A stretch of 64,000 nt of DNA. Source: the human T2T-CHM13v2.0 reference genome, Homo sapiens. Location of the stretch: assembly GCF_009914755.1 (NCBI RefSeq), contig NC_060934.1; one strand, given 5' to 3'. Both the position numbers and the translations under genes were made by a program. Shown piece after piece: positions 16,596-30,289 of the stretch; position 1 is the stretch's first letter, and the number at the start of each line of letters is the position of its first letter. The notes beneath the pieces are model-generated. The model saw only the letters and a program-made list of their open reading frames with translations, made no database searches and was not told the origin of the DNA.

Positions 16596-16669
16596 CTTAT
16601 TCATGTATTTTTAAGTAGATGATAGTGAATATCAGATTATTATAAAATTTATATTTCTTTGAATACACT

Positions 16670-16960
16670 TTGTTTTTTGAGACAGGGTCTCGCTCTGTCA
16701 CCTACGCTGGAGTGCAGTGGTGCAATCAGGGCTCACTGCAGCCTCGAGCTCCTGGGCTCAAGCGATCCTCCCATCTCAGCCTCCTGAGTAGCTGGGACTA
16801 CAGGTGTGAGCTGCCACACCCAGCTAATTTTTATATTTTTTGGTAGAGACAGGGTTGCCCATGTTGTCCAGGCTAGTCTCGAACTCCTGAGCTCAAGCAA
16901 TCCTCCTGCCTCGGCCTCGAAAAGTGCTGGGATTACAGGCATGAACCACTGCGCCCAGCC
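16670..16960 (-). mobile_element. AluJ
   Basis: gggctcaagcgatcctccc J diagnostics. Confidence 0.9.
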
Positions 16961-17119
16961 TCCTCTGAATGCACTTTAAAGAATGATGTGACAGTTTTAG
17001 AATGTTAACAGTTTCAGTAAGTCAGAATTACATTATTTGAAACTATTTAAACTTATTAAGAATTTTAGATTTCAACTTTAAAATGTGCATAAGGTACATA
17101 GTTTTTAAAGCCTAATGGC

Positions 17120-17480
17120 TGAAACAGACTAATGGTTTATTCTCTGACATAAAAGAAGTTGGAGATAGACAGGTTATGCTTGTGTGGCAGCTCCTTGAAA
17201 CTATGAGAGGCTCAGGATCCTTCAGTCCTTCTATTCTGCCATCCTTAGAAGGTGGCTTCTACCCTCAAGGCTACATTATGGCTACTGGAGCTTCAGCCAT
17301 CATGTCATGTCTGGGGATCCCAGAGAAGGGACACAATAGCTTTTACCAGGACTCCTACTGAGCCACGTCCCACTCCTATCTGTCAGGGAGCCTAGAAAAG
17401 AACTTTTTCTACTGGGCATGTGGCCAAGAGCCCTGTTACCACAGGAGAAGATGAGAATATACACTTGGCAGGCAATTCGC
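17120..17480 (-). mobile_element. Old MaLR LTR (MLT1J/K-like)
   Basis: atggtttattctctgacat...aggctcaggatccttc...atggctactggagcttcagccatcatgtc. Confidence 0.55.
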
Positions 17481-17979
17481 AGTCTTAGTCATGTAGAATA
17501 TGACTCCATTTTTATTAAGTTGTACACTTACATGTGATTTTATGCAGTGTTACATTTGGAAGGATGTTTACCAATGTATTTGTGGTTTATCATCGGATAG
17601 GAGATCTCAGTTTACTTTTACTTACTTCTCTGAACTTTTCTACATTGAATTTTTTGATAGACATGGTCATCCTTTTTTTCTTTACCTTTAAACAACATGG
17701 GTTTGAACATGGTCATTCTTACAAAAACATTACAGATATTCTCATATTTTAAAAAGAGGTAAACTGGGAAAAAGAAAAATTAGAGACTTTGCAGTCAACA
17801 ACCTGAGTTTAAATTCCACTCTGCAATATAATTTAGGCATATAACTTAATCTCTATGGACCTCAATTTCCACTGTATAACTAGGTTATAGCCTCCAACAG
17901 TATTAGAAGTAGAGGTCATATTTTCTTCTTTTGTTTTATATATCAAAATTTAGAAGTCCCATTTACTGGGAGTGTCTTC

Positions 17980-18668
17980 AGAGAGCACAACAGATATATG
18001 TCCCAATTCGGGCCCATGAGATACAAGGGTAGGTTTGGTGGATGCTTCGGGGAAACTGCTCCTCCTTCTCAAGAGTCTCTCTTACTGGGGTTGTTGTGAG
18101 AACCTATGAATCCTGAAGCCACCACAGCTCAAGCCTCAGGATGAAGCCAGCACCAGGAGAAGGACAGAGCTGAGAGACACACAGAGAAACCATAGTGTCA
18201 ATGTGTCCAGTCTGGACTTTTCACTTATAGGACCCAATAAATCTCCTTTATTATTTAAGCCAGTGCTATGGTTTGAATGTTTGTCTCCCCCAAAATGCAT
18301 GTTGAAATTTAATTGTAACAGTATTAAGAGGGGAGGCCTTTGAGAGGTGATTAGGCTGTGAGGGCTCTGCCCTCATGGGTGGAATTAATGTCCTTATGAC
18401 AGGGCATATTTGGTCCCTTTTGTGTTTCTGTCTTGCCCTGTCTTTGTCCTCCCACCTTCTGCCATGTGGTCACACAGCAAGAAGGTCCTCGTCAGAGGCC
18501 AGCACCTTGATCTTGGACTTCCCAGCCTTCAGAACTATGAGCCAATAAATTTCTGTTCATTATAAATTATCCAGTCTCAGGTATTCTGTTAGAGCAGTGT
18601 AAAACAGACTAAGACAGCCAGTCTTGGTTTTGTTTTATTTTGCCTGTTTGCTGCAAGCATCCTAATCG
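17980..18668 (+). mobile_element. LTR16-like ERVL LTR, split by an MST LTR
   Basis: ggatgaagccagcac...ggacagagctgagaga...ctggacttttca...ccaataaat...ttaagccagt. Confidence 0.55.
18264..18616 (+). mobile_element. MSTC/MSTD-like MaLR solo LTR
   Basis: tgctatggtttgaatg...ctaagaca; 5-bp TSD gccag. Confidence 0.85.
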
Positions 18669-18956
18669 CTATTCAGCTTAAAATTATGTAAAATTACTTT
18701 TATTTATATTATCTTATTTGATCCTGACAAAAAACCTCTCAAAGTGGTCAAGAGTTATAATAGCTGAGGAAATTGAGAGCCAGGATGTTGAATGCTCAAC
18801 ATCACATGATAGAAAAATGGTGACAAGGATGGGACTCAAACCCAAGTTTCCTTGGTCTGAGTTCAGTTTCCTTCTCATTGGGCCATAATGCCTGCAAGGA
18901 TAGGCAAGCAGAAGGTGTTCTGATGACTGAAAAGGAGTTGTCCACACTACAGATGC

Positions 18957-19306
18957 ACCATGGTCTGAATGTTTCTATCCTCCCCAAATACATATGCTGA
19001 AACTAATCCCTAATGTGGTGGTATGCGGCAATGAGGCCTTTGGTAGGTGGTTAGGTCATGAGGGTGGAGCCCTTCCAAATGGGATTAGTGCCCTTATAAA
19101 AGAGACCCCAGAAAGACCTCTTGCCCCTTCCACTATGTGAGGACACAGCCAGAAGGTGCCATCTATGAACCAGCAAGCAGGTCCTCACCAGACACCAGAT
19201 CTGCCAGTGCCTTGATCTTAGACTTCCCAACCTCCAGAACTGTGAGGAATAAATTTATGCTGTTTATAAGCCACTCAGTCTATGGTATTTTGTTACATCA
19301 GTCTAA
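18957..19306 (+). mobile_element. MLT1A0-like solo LTR
   Basis: atggtctgaatgtt...gggattagtgcccttataaaagagacccca...ctatggtattttgtta. Confidence 0.8.
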
Positions 19307-19944
19307 AGCCACCCTGGGATGTAGTCAAAGCTTTGGGGATGACATTAAGAGGGCAGTGCCCATGGCCTCCTGAAATCATACCAGGGGATCTTGGGCTTAT
19401 CAGGCTAGTGGCACTCAAAACCAAGCACCCAACAGTTGGATTTTTATGGGGATTCCACCTGCTAAGTGGAATCCCTGGAGGGAGACACCTGGAGGAAACT
19501 AATGAGCTGTTTTCAGAGTGCATAGACCAAGGAGACTGGGAGTGAGTCTGGTGAGAACCCATTGAATATGGGCCTGAAGGTTGGCATTTGTAAATTAAAC
19601 CTAAAAGCTAAAAAAAAAAAAAAAAAAAAAAAAAAAGGTCGAGAATACTTTGTGACTACTAGCAGCATCAGCATCCAACCTAGGATATCCTTTCCCCAAG
19701 CCACTCACTGACATTTGAAGTTCCAGAAGTTATGGTAATTCCTTCAACTTTACAATTGAGATGCAGCTCCTGTCTCACCCCTCACCACCCCTCGGGAGCA
19801 GGGAGCTACTCAACATTGATAGTCACTTATTCTTTATTATTACTGAGTTATTGCTCCTTTCCTAGAAGACAGGGAAGTGAGATTATTGTTGGCAGGGGGG
19901 CAGTGGGCAAGACAGGAAGGATCCCCAAAAGAAAGGGTGTTGTC

Positions 19945-20257
<313 letters not shown>

Positions 20258-20935
20258 GAAAGGGTGTTGTCACCATGACTTTGGGAACAGCTGCTCCCTG
20301 GATGTCCTTGGGCCTCCCTCTTGTCTGACCTGGCACAGGGCAATCACCACTGGACTGAAGAAGTGGCAAAGAAGCCCACTAAACCAGTCTGATGCTAGAA
20401 AGAATGAATCCTTCACCTCCCACAATTCCTCCCTAAGGCCTGCCGCCCAGAAAATAAACGCCAAAAGGAAGAAACATTTCCATTTCCGTCTATTGACCTC
20501 AGAGCCTCTTCCAACCCAATGTTTTGATGTCACTGCCTGTAGGTGGGCTGAGTCCTGCTATGACTGAGAGGGGCTGACCCTGAGCCAAAAGTGGAGGCCA
20601 CAGCAGTTGACTTGCCTGCAGCTTTTTTGGGGACACTTAGGTTTCCCAAAGTTTATTAGGCAGAAGGACAGGAGGAACAAAACACAAACTGGCCAGCTTT
20701 TTGGGGAGAACAGTATGGTCAACGTAAAGTCAGGTGAACAATCCTAGCCACATCGGATCAATACAAGGGACAATAAAAAACCAAAAAATATCTCCTTACT
20801 TTGTGGAACACAATTCAGTGGAGTCTAACAGACCTGGTTTTGAATCAGGCTCTGGATGTAACCTAACAATGTAACCTCAGACACGCTACTTATGTTCTCT
20901 GTATACCAGATTCCTCATCTCTAAAGAGGAGGTGA

Positions 20936-23215
20936 TGATAGCAAATGAGGAGAAACTGAAAGCTTTTCCTCTAAGATCTGGAACAAGACAAGGATGCCCA
21001 CTTTCACCACTGTTATTCAACATAGTACTGGAAGTCTTAGCTAGAGCAATCAGACAAGAGAAAGAAAAAACAGGCATCCAAATTGGAAAAGAAGAAGTCA
21101 AATTATCATTATTTGCAGATGACATGATCTTATAGTCAGAAAAATCTAAAGACTCCACCAAAATACTATTACAACTGATTAGCAAATTCAGTAAAGTTGC
21201 AGGATACAAAATCAACATACAAAAATCAATAGCATTTCTATATGCCAACAGCAAACAATCTGAAAAAGAAGTTAAGAAAATCATCCCATTTACAATAGCG
21301 ACAAATAATTAACCAAAGAAATAAAAGATCTGTACAGTGAAAACTATAAAACACTGATTAAAGAAATTGAAGAGGACACAAAAAAATGGAAAAATATTCC
21401 ATGTTCATGGATTGGAAGAGTCAATATTACTAAAAGGTTCATACTACCCAAAGCAGTCTACAGACACAATGCAATCCCTATCAAAACACCAATGACATTC
21501 TTCACAGAAATAGAAAAACAATCTTAAAACTTACATGGAACCACAAAAGACAGACAACAATCAAAGCTATCCTAAGCAAAAAGAACAAAACTGGAGGAAT
21601 CACATTATCTGACTTCAAATTTTACTACAGAGCTATAGTAACCAAAACGGCATGGTACTGGCATCAAAACAGACACATAAACCAGTGGAACAGAATAGAG
21701 AACCCAGAAATAAATTCACATATCTACAGTGAACTCATTTTTGACAAAAGTGCCAAGAATATACATTGGGGAAAGGGCAGTCTCTTCAATAAATAGTGCT
21801 GGGAAAGGTGGATATCCATGTGCAGAAGAATGAAACTAGACCTCTAAGTCTCATCATATACAAAAGCAAATCAAAATGGATTAAAGACTTAAATCTATGA
21901 CCTCAAACTATGAAACTACTAAAGGAAAACATTGGGGAAACTCTCCTGGACATTGTAATGGACAAAGATTTCTTGAGCAATACCCCACAAGCACAGGCAA
22001 CCAAAGCGAAAATGGACAAATGGGATCACATCAAGTTAAAAAGATTCTGAGAAGGAAAGGAAACAATAAAGAAAGTGAAGAGACAACCCACAAAATGGGA
22101 GAAAATATTTTCAAACTACCCATCTGATAAGAGATTAGTAACCAGAATATATAAGGAGCTCAAACAACTTTATAGGAAAAAATAAAATAAAATAATCCAA
22201 TTTGAAAATGGGCAAAAGATCTGAATAGACATTTTTCAAAAGAAGACATACAAATGGCAAACAGGCATATGAAAAGGTGCTCAACATCACTGATCATCAG
22301 AGAAATGCAAATGAAAACTATAATGAAATATCATCTCACACTAGTTAAAATGGCTTTTATCCAAAAGACAGGCAATAACAAATGCTGGCGAGGATGTGGA
22401 GAAAAGAGAACCCTTGTCCACTGTTGGTAGGAATATAAATTAGTACAACCACTATGGAGAACAGTCTGGAGGTTTCTCAAAAAACTAAAAATAGAGCTAC
22501 CATATGATCCAGCAATCCCACTCCTAGGTATTTACCCAAAAGAAAGGATATCAGTATATCAAAGATCAGTATATCTGCACTCTCATGTTTACTGCAGCAC
22601 TGTTTACAATAGTGAAAATTTGGAAATAGTCAAAATTCATCTGTTGTTCATCAACAGATGAATGGATAAAGAAAATGTACAGATACACAATGGAGTACCA
22701 TTCAGCTACAAAAAAAGAATGAGATCCTATTATTTGCAACAACATGGATGGAACTGAAGGTTGTTATGTTAAGTGAAATAAGCCAGGCACAGAAAGACAA
22801 ACATATGTTCTCACTTATGTGTGGGAGCTAAAAATTAAAACAATGAAACTCATGGACACAGAGAGTGGAAGGATAGTTACCAGAAGCTGGGAAAGGTAGT
22901 GGGGGAGTGAGGGGAAGTGGGGATGGTTAATAGACCCAAAAATATTATTAGAATGAATAAGACATAGTATTTGCTAGCACAATATGGTGGCTATAGTCAA
23001 AAATAATTTAATACATTTAAAAATAACTAAAAGATTATAATTGGATTGTAACACAAAAGATAAATGCTTGAGGTAATAAATACCCCATTCTCCATGCTGT
23101 GATTAGTATTCAGTTCATGCCTGTATCAAAATATCTCATGCAGCCCGTAAATATATAGACTTGCTATATACCAACAAAAATCAACAATCAAAAATTCATT
23201 AAAAAATAAATAAAA
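20936..23215 (+). mobile_element. 5'-truncated L1MA2/3-like LINE (ORF2 RT to 3' UTR), inserted in a MIR
   Basis: Translates to [21 protein letters not shown]...LFADDMIL (L1 RT); many stops; L1MA 3' UTR; degenerate TSD aaagaggaggtgatgata / aaaaaggaagtgattata; MIR halves at 20815-20935 and 23216-23305. Confidence 0.92.
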
Positions 23216-23307
23216 AGGAAGTGATTATAATGATGCTACCTCACAGAAATCTTAAATGAAATAATGCTCATAAAGTACTTAATACAGGGCCTGGCACACA
23301 ATACATC

Positions 23308-23671
23308 GTATTCGTCCATTTTCACACTGCTATAAAGAAATACTGGAGACTGAGTAATTTATAAAGGAAAGAGGCTTAACTGACTCACAGTTCCACGTGG
23401 CTAGGGAGGCCTCAGGAAACTTACAATCATGGTGCAAGGCAAAGGGGAAGCAAGGTCCTTCACATGGCGGCAGGAGAGAGAAGAGTGAGGATTAGGGGGA
23501 AGAGTCCCTTATAAAACCATCAGATCTCATGAGAACTCACTCTATCACTACAACAGCATGGGGGAAACCGCCCCCATGATCCAATCAGCTCCCACCAGGT
23601 ATCCCCCTAGGGATTATGGGGATTACAATTCAAGAAGACATTTGGGTAGGGACACAGCCAAACCATATTAT
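23308..23671 (-). mobile_element. THE1/MSTA-like MaLR solo LTR
   Basis: gtattcgtccattttcacactgctataaag...ggacacagccaaaccatat. Confidence 0.85.
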
Positions 23672-24047
23672 ACATGTTCATTAAACGGTGGCTCTTATTT
23701 TTGTCTTGGGTCAGAGAGAATGGAGGCAGATGGAAAATATTGCAAAGAGAAGAAAAGTATAAATTGTGGGGGCAATGGGGATGGCACTGGCATTTTTTTG
23801 AACTTTAATAATAACATTGCAAACCCAGTAAATGGTTACCAGACCTAAGTTTGAACAGGCAAGGTGTTTAATACAGCTTGTTGATTGGATTTACGGGTCC
23901 TTCCGGGCCTTTCATGGAGCTTGGGCCTGCTTTCTACCTTTATTGCTTCTGATGCCTAAGGCTAACTCCCCAGGGCAGCTTGACTCCCAACAGGGAAGTC
24001 TCATTTACCAAAAAGTCTCAGTGATTCTGTTTTCCCTGTCTTTTTTG

Positions 24048-24350
24048 CTTTTATTATTGTTTTTATTTTTTTAGAGACAAGATCTCGTTCTGTTGCCCAA
24101 GCCGGAGTACAGTGGTATGATCATAGCTCGCTGCAACCTTAAACTCCTGGGCTCAAAGGATCCTCCTGTCTCAGCCTCCTGAGTAGCTGAGAGTACAGGC
24201 ACACACCACCACATCTGGCTAATTTTTAAATTTTCTGTAGAAATATGAGTCTCATGATGTTGCCCAGGCTGGTCTCTGACTCCTAGGTTCAAGCGATCCT
24301 CCCACCTTGGTCTCCCAAAGTGCTGGGATGACAAAGCCTCCATGCCCCAC
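24048..24350 (-). mobile_element. AluJo
   Basis: atcatagctcgctgcaacc...gggctcaaaggatcctcc. Confidence 0.85.
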
Positions 24351-25558
24351 TGTCATGATGATTCCGAATCACCTCCAGCAAGGGACACCCTCTTCTTAGG
24401 GCTGAGAATAACTGCCAATGAGGAACCATGGATTTGGAGGCCCTTCAAGGGTCAGATCTTGGTTCCACCAGGTTCCCATCCTCACCTGTCATCAATAACC
24501 AGCACCTTGGTCTCCTTGTCCCCTGCCTTCAGCATCCCTGGCAGATTCCTGATGGTGACACTCCCAAGGCCACTTCACAGGATGGACCCTCATGGGTCAT
24601 CTGGGCCAAACGCCTCCATGATAAAGCATAAGCACCAGAGAGGAGGTGGACTTGTCTAGGTTACACAGGAGGCCTGGGGTTGCTATTGGGCTCACCCAGG
24701 TCTAGGGAGCCCAGGACAGCAGTCATCACCACCCCACTCTCAGTAACACTGTGCTCTTCAGTATGTAGACAGCTCACATCTATGCCCCATGCATGATTTA
24801 CAAATGTAAAGACCATGCACAGGAGCTGGCTTAGCAAAAATTGATAAGCAGCAGCCCTGGTTATCATTACTGTCACTGTCCTTGTATCTCATAGCTTCAT
24901 ACTACACCCAAGTCACCATAGGCATGGGCATCTTTGTTTTATAGTAGGAAACCAAGGTTCACACCTTAGCCTGCAGGACTTTGTAAAAACCCTGCTGTGG
25001 GTAAAGAGCCCAAAATGGCCAGCCCCTCAGCCTTTTGCTCCCAACCCCCAAGCCCTTTCTCCTCCAGGGCACTGCCTCCCACCCTCGTCTGGTCAGGGGA
25101 GGCCACCAGAGGAGGAGTACTGGCCTGGCAGGGAACACTGGCAGTCTCGGCCCTTCACCAAACAGCAGGGGAAAGGCAGCAAGCCCCGCCCCGGTGGCCC
25201 CAAGATATGGGTGCCAGGAACCCGTCATTCAGAGACCACAAATGAAGAAAGCAGGGAGGCCAGCCCAGCCAGGCACAGCTCACCCCACCCTGCTGGGAAA
25301 ACCCATTGTGTTTCACCGGGCATCCTGGGGTGCTGTTGTGGGCCAAGAATGACACTTGCCTCACGCCATCAAAACCAGAAGGGTATCCTAAGGGGAGTAG
25401 GCTCGCCCCGCAGAGCCACACTAGATGGAAGCAAGGCGAGTAGCCAGGGCAGAGCCCACCCCCCGCACCTCCCTCCCCACAGCCTGTGTAGACACACAGG
25501 CCGGCAGAGTCACCGGGGCAGCAGGTAGGAAGGGCGGTTCAGGAAGCCAGGTACTTAC

Positions 25559-25631
25559 CACAGGGGAGCATGGTCTCTTCAGCCTCACCCTCAGGTTCTC
25601 ACCGTGGGCTCCACTGGGCATCCATAGGACC
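25559..25631 (-). other. Candidate 73-nt spliced exon of an unidentified minus-strand transcript
   Basis: Minus strand reads ...ctccccggttttgcccacaactgcag|GGTCCTATG...GAGACCATGCTCCCCTGTG|gtaagt: pyrimidine tract plus CAG acceptor and GTAAGT donor, in non-repeat DNA about 0.6 kb from a CpG island. Confidence 0.5.
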
Positions 25632-25899
25632 CTGCAGTTGTGGGCAAAACCGGGGAGACCCATACAGACATCGTTTTCCTGGGGAGAAAGAAAATTCGAT
25701 TTCATCAGAGTCCTAACCCTGTGCATGCCTTGCACAGGGACAGACGGAAATAAGCTTCCTCCCTACCCAGGTCATGGGCCTCTGCACTCAGTGACAAAAA
25801 TGGGAGAGCACAGAGCCAGCTCCCCACACCCGCTGAAAAAACAAGGAGTCCCTGAGGCCTCATGTTCAATCCCACCCCCACCCCCCTTTTTAAGCCCTG

Positions 25900-26152
25900 T
25901 CAACTCTTTCTCGCCTTCAGTCATCAGCTTAGGTGCCTCTTCCTCCAGGAAGCTCGCCTTCATCTTCCCGGGCTGGTTTAAGGGCACTTTCCGTGCCATG
26001 TGCTCAATTCCTTGTGTCCCCACTAAACCTCAGATCCCACAGGAGCAGTGGCGGTGTCTGCCGGGTTCTCGCTCTGTCTTCTGCTCTGCTAAGGTGCCTG
26101 GCACACCATGCTCTCGATCCCAGATGAGTGAATGAACTAATGAATGAATGAA
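25900..26152 (+). mobile_element. L2 LINE 3' fragment
   Basis: cctcttcctccaggaagc; gtgcctggcacac...tgaatgaatgaat L2 tail. Confidence 0.6.
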
Positions 26153-26229
26153 TAGCAGCACCACATCAGGCTGCTCTCACATAACCCACATGGCTAAGGA
26201 GAGGTCTACGTTTTATTTTTTAAGAAGGC

Positions 26230-26745
26230 AGAGCTCGAGGGGGCCTTGAAGTCACATCGCCGGCTGCTGAGTCTACGAACAGGGAAGCAGCCGCAGTCCC
26301 CGAAAGGACCCGTCCCAGCGAGCCAGGGCCTGGTTTTCCTTCCGCAGAAGGCGGAGGGACCGGAGCGGGCGCGGGCACCCCTGGGCTCTGAGGGGCGCGC
26401 TCTGAAGGGCGGCGGACTTCAGGGCCATGCTGGCTGTCCCCAGAAAGCAGGAGCCCGAAACCGCGGGGCCAACGAACGCCCACATTCTCTGCTACAACCT
26501 CGCCACTCCCCTGCGCCTCTCCCCTTGCCCCCTGCCCCCACAGGTAACGCCCAGAACGAGTGCTTCTCCCGGTGGGGTACTGAGGAGCCTGGGCTGCAGC
26601 TGCCGAGCCGCCACAGCCACGCTGAGCCCGGCCTGGCCTGCACACTGGCGCCACCGCCTGGCGGGGAGCGGGACTGACGCGCTCCTCTCCCTCTCCTCCA
26701 GCCCAGATCACGGAGGCGCGGAGCTCCATCTCCTGCCCTGGGCGA
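26230..26745. promoter_or_regulatory. CpG island, likely promoter or strong regulatory element
   Basis: Only non-repeat CpG-dense, GC-rich segment in the window; GC boxes (gggcgg), CRE half-site tgacg. Confidence 0.7.
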
Positions 26746-27509
26746 GGGGAGTGAGGGAGACAAAGACTTTGGGCACAACACCCACCACATAGAACCTATT
26801 CTCTAGTTGGGAAACAAGTCAAGGCAAAGGCGCACAGAGTGAAAGTCAGTGTGTGAGCAAACAAAACACCAGCCAGCAGAGGTTAAGCTTCTATGCAAAC
26901 AGGCCTGCCTGACTCAGGGAGCAGGGGAGACTGAGGCAGATGAGAAGCTCCCGCCGAGGCCACCAGGATGCCCAGGCCTTGGGGCTCCAGGAAACGTGGT
27001 CTCCACGCTCAATCTCGGCTCAGCCTTCCCCAGAAGATGCCTCTAGCCGGACAGAGCTGGGTTTTAATCATGCCGCCTTCATAAGCCAGGTGCATGATCT
27101 CTGGCTAGTTAACTACAGGTGCATTTCCTTAACCTATTTAAAAAAGGGGTGGGGGGATGGTTAGGAACTCTTGCCTGGTTGTGTTGTTGTTACAATTAAA
27201 TCATGAATATGGAGCATTTGATGCAGTGCTCAGAATAGAAGCTACTCTTAAAAGCAATCCACTCATAATAGGGAACGAAGGTTCTAGAATGGCTACTTTT
27301 TAAAACTATAAATCAGAACAGATTCAATATAAGAACATCACTCTCAATTCTTACTCACTTCCATTCTGGAGTAGCAGAGAAAGAAGCAGAGGGGCCACTG
27401 GCTGCAGAGGGAATGGCCCAGAGCTCACAGCCTGTCCTGGTTAAGTGGCAGCCATGGGGAGGCCCTAGAGAAATGTCACCAAGAACTGTGGAGACAGCAA
27501 GGAGTAAAT

Positions 27510-27740
27510 GCTAGCACTGATTGTCTGCCAAATGCCATTCAATGAACTACATTCTTTACAAGCATTGACTCATTTACTTCTCACACCACCCCTACAAATA
27601 GGTGTCATTATCATCCCCATTATTTTAGAGATGAGAAAGCTGGGACATTCACAGATTGGGGACCCAGACCAAAGTCACACTGCATCTAAGCAGCAAAACT
27701 GAAATTGTAGCCAGGTGTTCTGGCTCCAGAGCCTCTGCTC
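27510..27740 (-). mobile_element. MIR SINE (further MIRs at about 27040-27240 and 27780-27880)
   Basis: attatcatccccattattttagagatgagaaa...caaagtcacac. Confidence 0.65.
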
Positions 27741-27926
27741 CCAACCACCAGCCAATACCTGCCTCTCTGATCTGGGAGCTATATTCATTCCCACTTCTCA
27801 GGCGAGAAAACTGCTGTTCAGAGCGATGAACTCTTGCAAGGTCACACAGATAGTCACTGGCAGAGCTGTGATTTTTAGTCTTGAGCTTTCTCCCTAATTC
27901 AACTTGGGATAGAGAAAGTAAAAGCT

Positions 27927-28299
<373 letters not shown>

Positions 28300-29760
28300 T
28301 CACATTTCCGACCGTGTAGCAGAAGCTGGTCTATGGTAAGAGACGATAAAACCACCACACAGAGAGAAGCAAAGATGAGGCTCCGCCAACAGAGTTCAAG
28401 TCCCAGTTCCGGCCATTCCTGAAATCCAGCTGCAACCTTCCCTTTCTAAAACTTGGTTGTTCAAATTCAGGGTTTGACTCCAGGTGTCAATAAAGCCCCA
28501 CTGTGTCCCCAAGTTGTTACAAGTTGGGGAATAGTCAGTTGCAACCAAAATGTGCTCTGCCACAGAAGGTGACATATGGAAACAAGAGGCAGAAACCCAG
28601 AAGTCCAGAGGATCTGGAAAAATGAGAGGAAAGAGAAGCCGAGAGCAGCAGAAAGAACAAAGGGTGCAAAGCTATAAAGAGCCTTTTGCCCATCTTGCCA
28701 AACCATCAGCTCTCTCACTTGTCCCTGAGCTTGCTGCTTCTGCCCACAGACTGCTTCCCAAACAGCTGTGAAAATATCGTGAACTGGTGCTTTTGAACAT
28801 TTCCTCTTCCAAATGCATGCAAGTTTCACAGCCCCCTGAGTCCCACACGTAGACAATCACTTATACCAATTCCTCCTTCCGATAAATGTTCATGCCAGCT
28901 AAAATAACTCCCCATCCTTCAGATCCCCCCACACCAAGTAGTCTCCCTAAGTGCGTGTTCTTCCTGCCCCCCACTCCCCCGCACCCCTCCAGCAGGGTGC
29001 TTCTGGAAAGGCAGATGGCATGAGTGGAGAGCTGACCCCCAGCTCAGTCTTCAGGAAGGCAGGGCTGTTGATGAGTCAGCGGGGTCTGCACTGAAGCATC
29101 TGGCCCAAATTACCAGGATGAAGACTTTTTCGGCAAATTGCTCACAGCCCAACAGGCAGCACTCCACGCAGACCACCCCAGCGCTGCTGTTAGTCACGCG
29201 TGCATTTTAATTTAGCTACAGAAGAGGAAGGAGCAAAGAGCACAGAATAATCCTCTCCTTAGAGAGGAAAATGGGACCTCGGGAGCTTGCATGGCTTCCC
29301 TCAGGTCACTCAGCCAGTCAGAAAAGAAGCGCTCAGCAGGGGCAGGCTCCCTGAGCGTGTCCTAATCCTAGTCCTCGCAGAACTCTGGTCATTCTGGGAT
29401 CAGCATCTGCAGTGGTCACATTCCTCACCTTCCCCCTGCCTCCCACCACCGTCACTTGACTTTCTCTCAGAGCTCAAACTAGAAGGGATCTGGTTCAGTT
29501 CCATCAACCATTCATTCATTCACTCATCCATTCAAAGTGGCGAGGCTGGAAGGGGCCTTAGGGCTCATCTGGCCAAATCCTTCCCATCCGGTGTTCACTG
29601 GGCTGTTTGACTCTAAGCCACAAACATTGACTCTAGCTAACTGAAGCAAAAGAAGACTCAGAGTTTATTTAAAGTAAAAGAAGAAGCTCAAAGAATTGGA
29701 AAATTTTTTAAAAAGCTGAAGACTTGTGTCCTAATAGGACAGGCTCCAGGGACCTTAAAA

Positions 29761-29915
29761 GCATGAATTTAATGATCTATAGAGTGCATCTTCTAGCACT
29801 TTTCCACTGGTGTCTTCTGAGTGGGCTCGTTCATGAACAAAACGTTTTCCCCTTTCTCTCTCTCCCTTGCCTCACCCATGGCTGCTTCTAGGTGGTGTAG
29901 CAGGCAGGGAATGGG
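29761..29915 (+). repeat. Inverted repeat, left arm (pairs with 31456-31615)
   Basis: Reverse complement aligns to 31456-31615 at about 85% by hand alignment. Confidence 0.92.
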
Positions 29916-29949
29916 CAGGGAATGTAAAATAAAATACATGGCCTCTTGA

Positions 29950-30090
29950 GGGCTCATGCAGACAGATTGCTGGACCCTACAGAGTTCCTGATTCTGGGGT
30001 AGAACTCCAGAATTGTGCATTTTTAACAAGTTCCCAGGCGATGCCAATGTCGCTGTTCTGGGCACCATACTTTGAGAATCACCACTCTAA
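29950..30090 (+). mobile_element. MER5A hAT-Charlie
   Basis: gcatttttaacaagttcccagg...catactttgagaa. Confidence 0.75.
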
Positions 30091-30289
30091 GGAAACTTCA
30101 CTTAAGTTTTGTGTCACACTTAGCTGGGGAGCATGGGGCACGCTGAGAAATAGTCCCCACCACAACTGTACTCAGTGGGATCACCAAGTCCCACAAGGCT
30201 GAAATCAATGGGATTTTCAAATGAAAAACAGGATACTATGACTAAAAGAGAGGATAGATGTTAGGCAGGAAAAAACACAGAGGTACACT

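Noticed and set aside
20932-21135. Reverse-transcriptase ORF (FADD motif)
   Set aside because: Fragment of a 5'-truncated, stop-riddled L1MA; not functional or novel.
25425-26135. 236-aa plus-strand ORF and overlapping GC-rich ORFs around the CpG island
   Set aside because: No recognisable domain; partly L2-derived; long ORFs arise by chance in GC-rich DNA.
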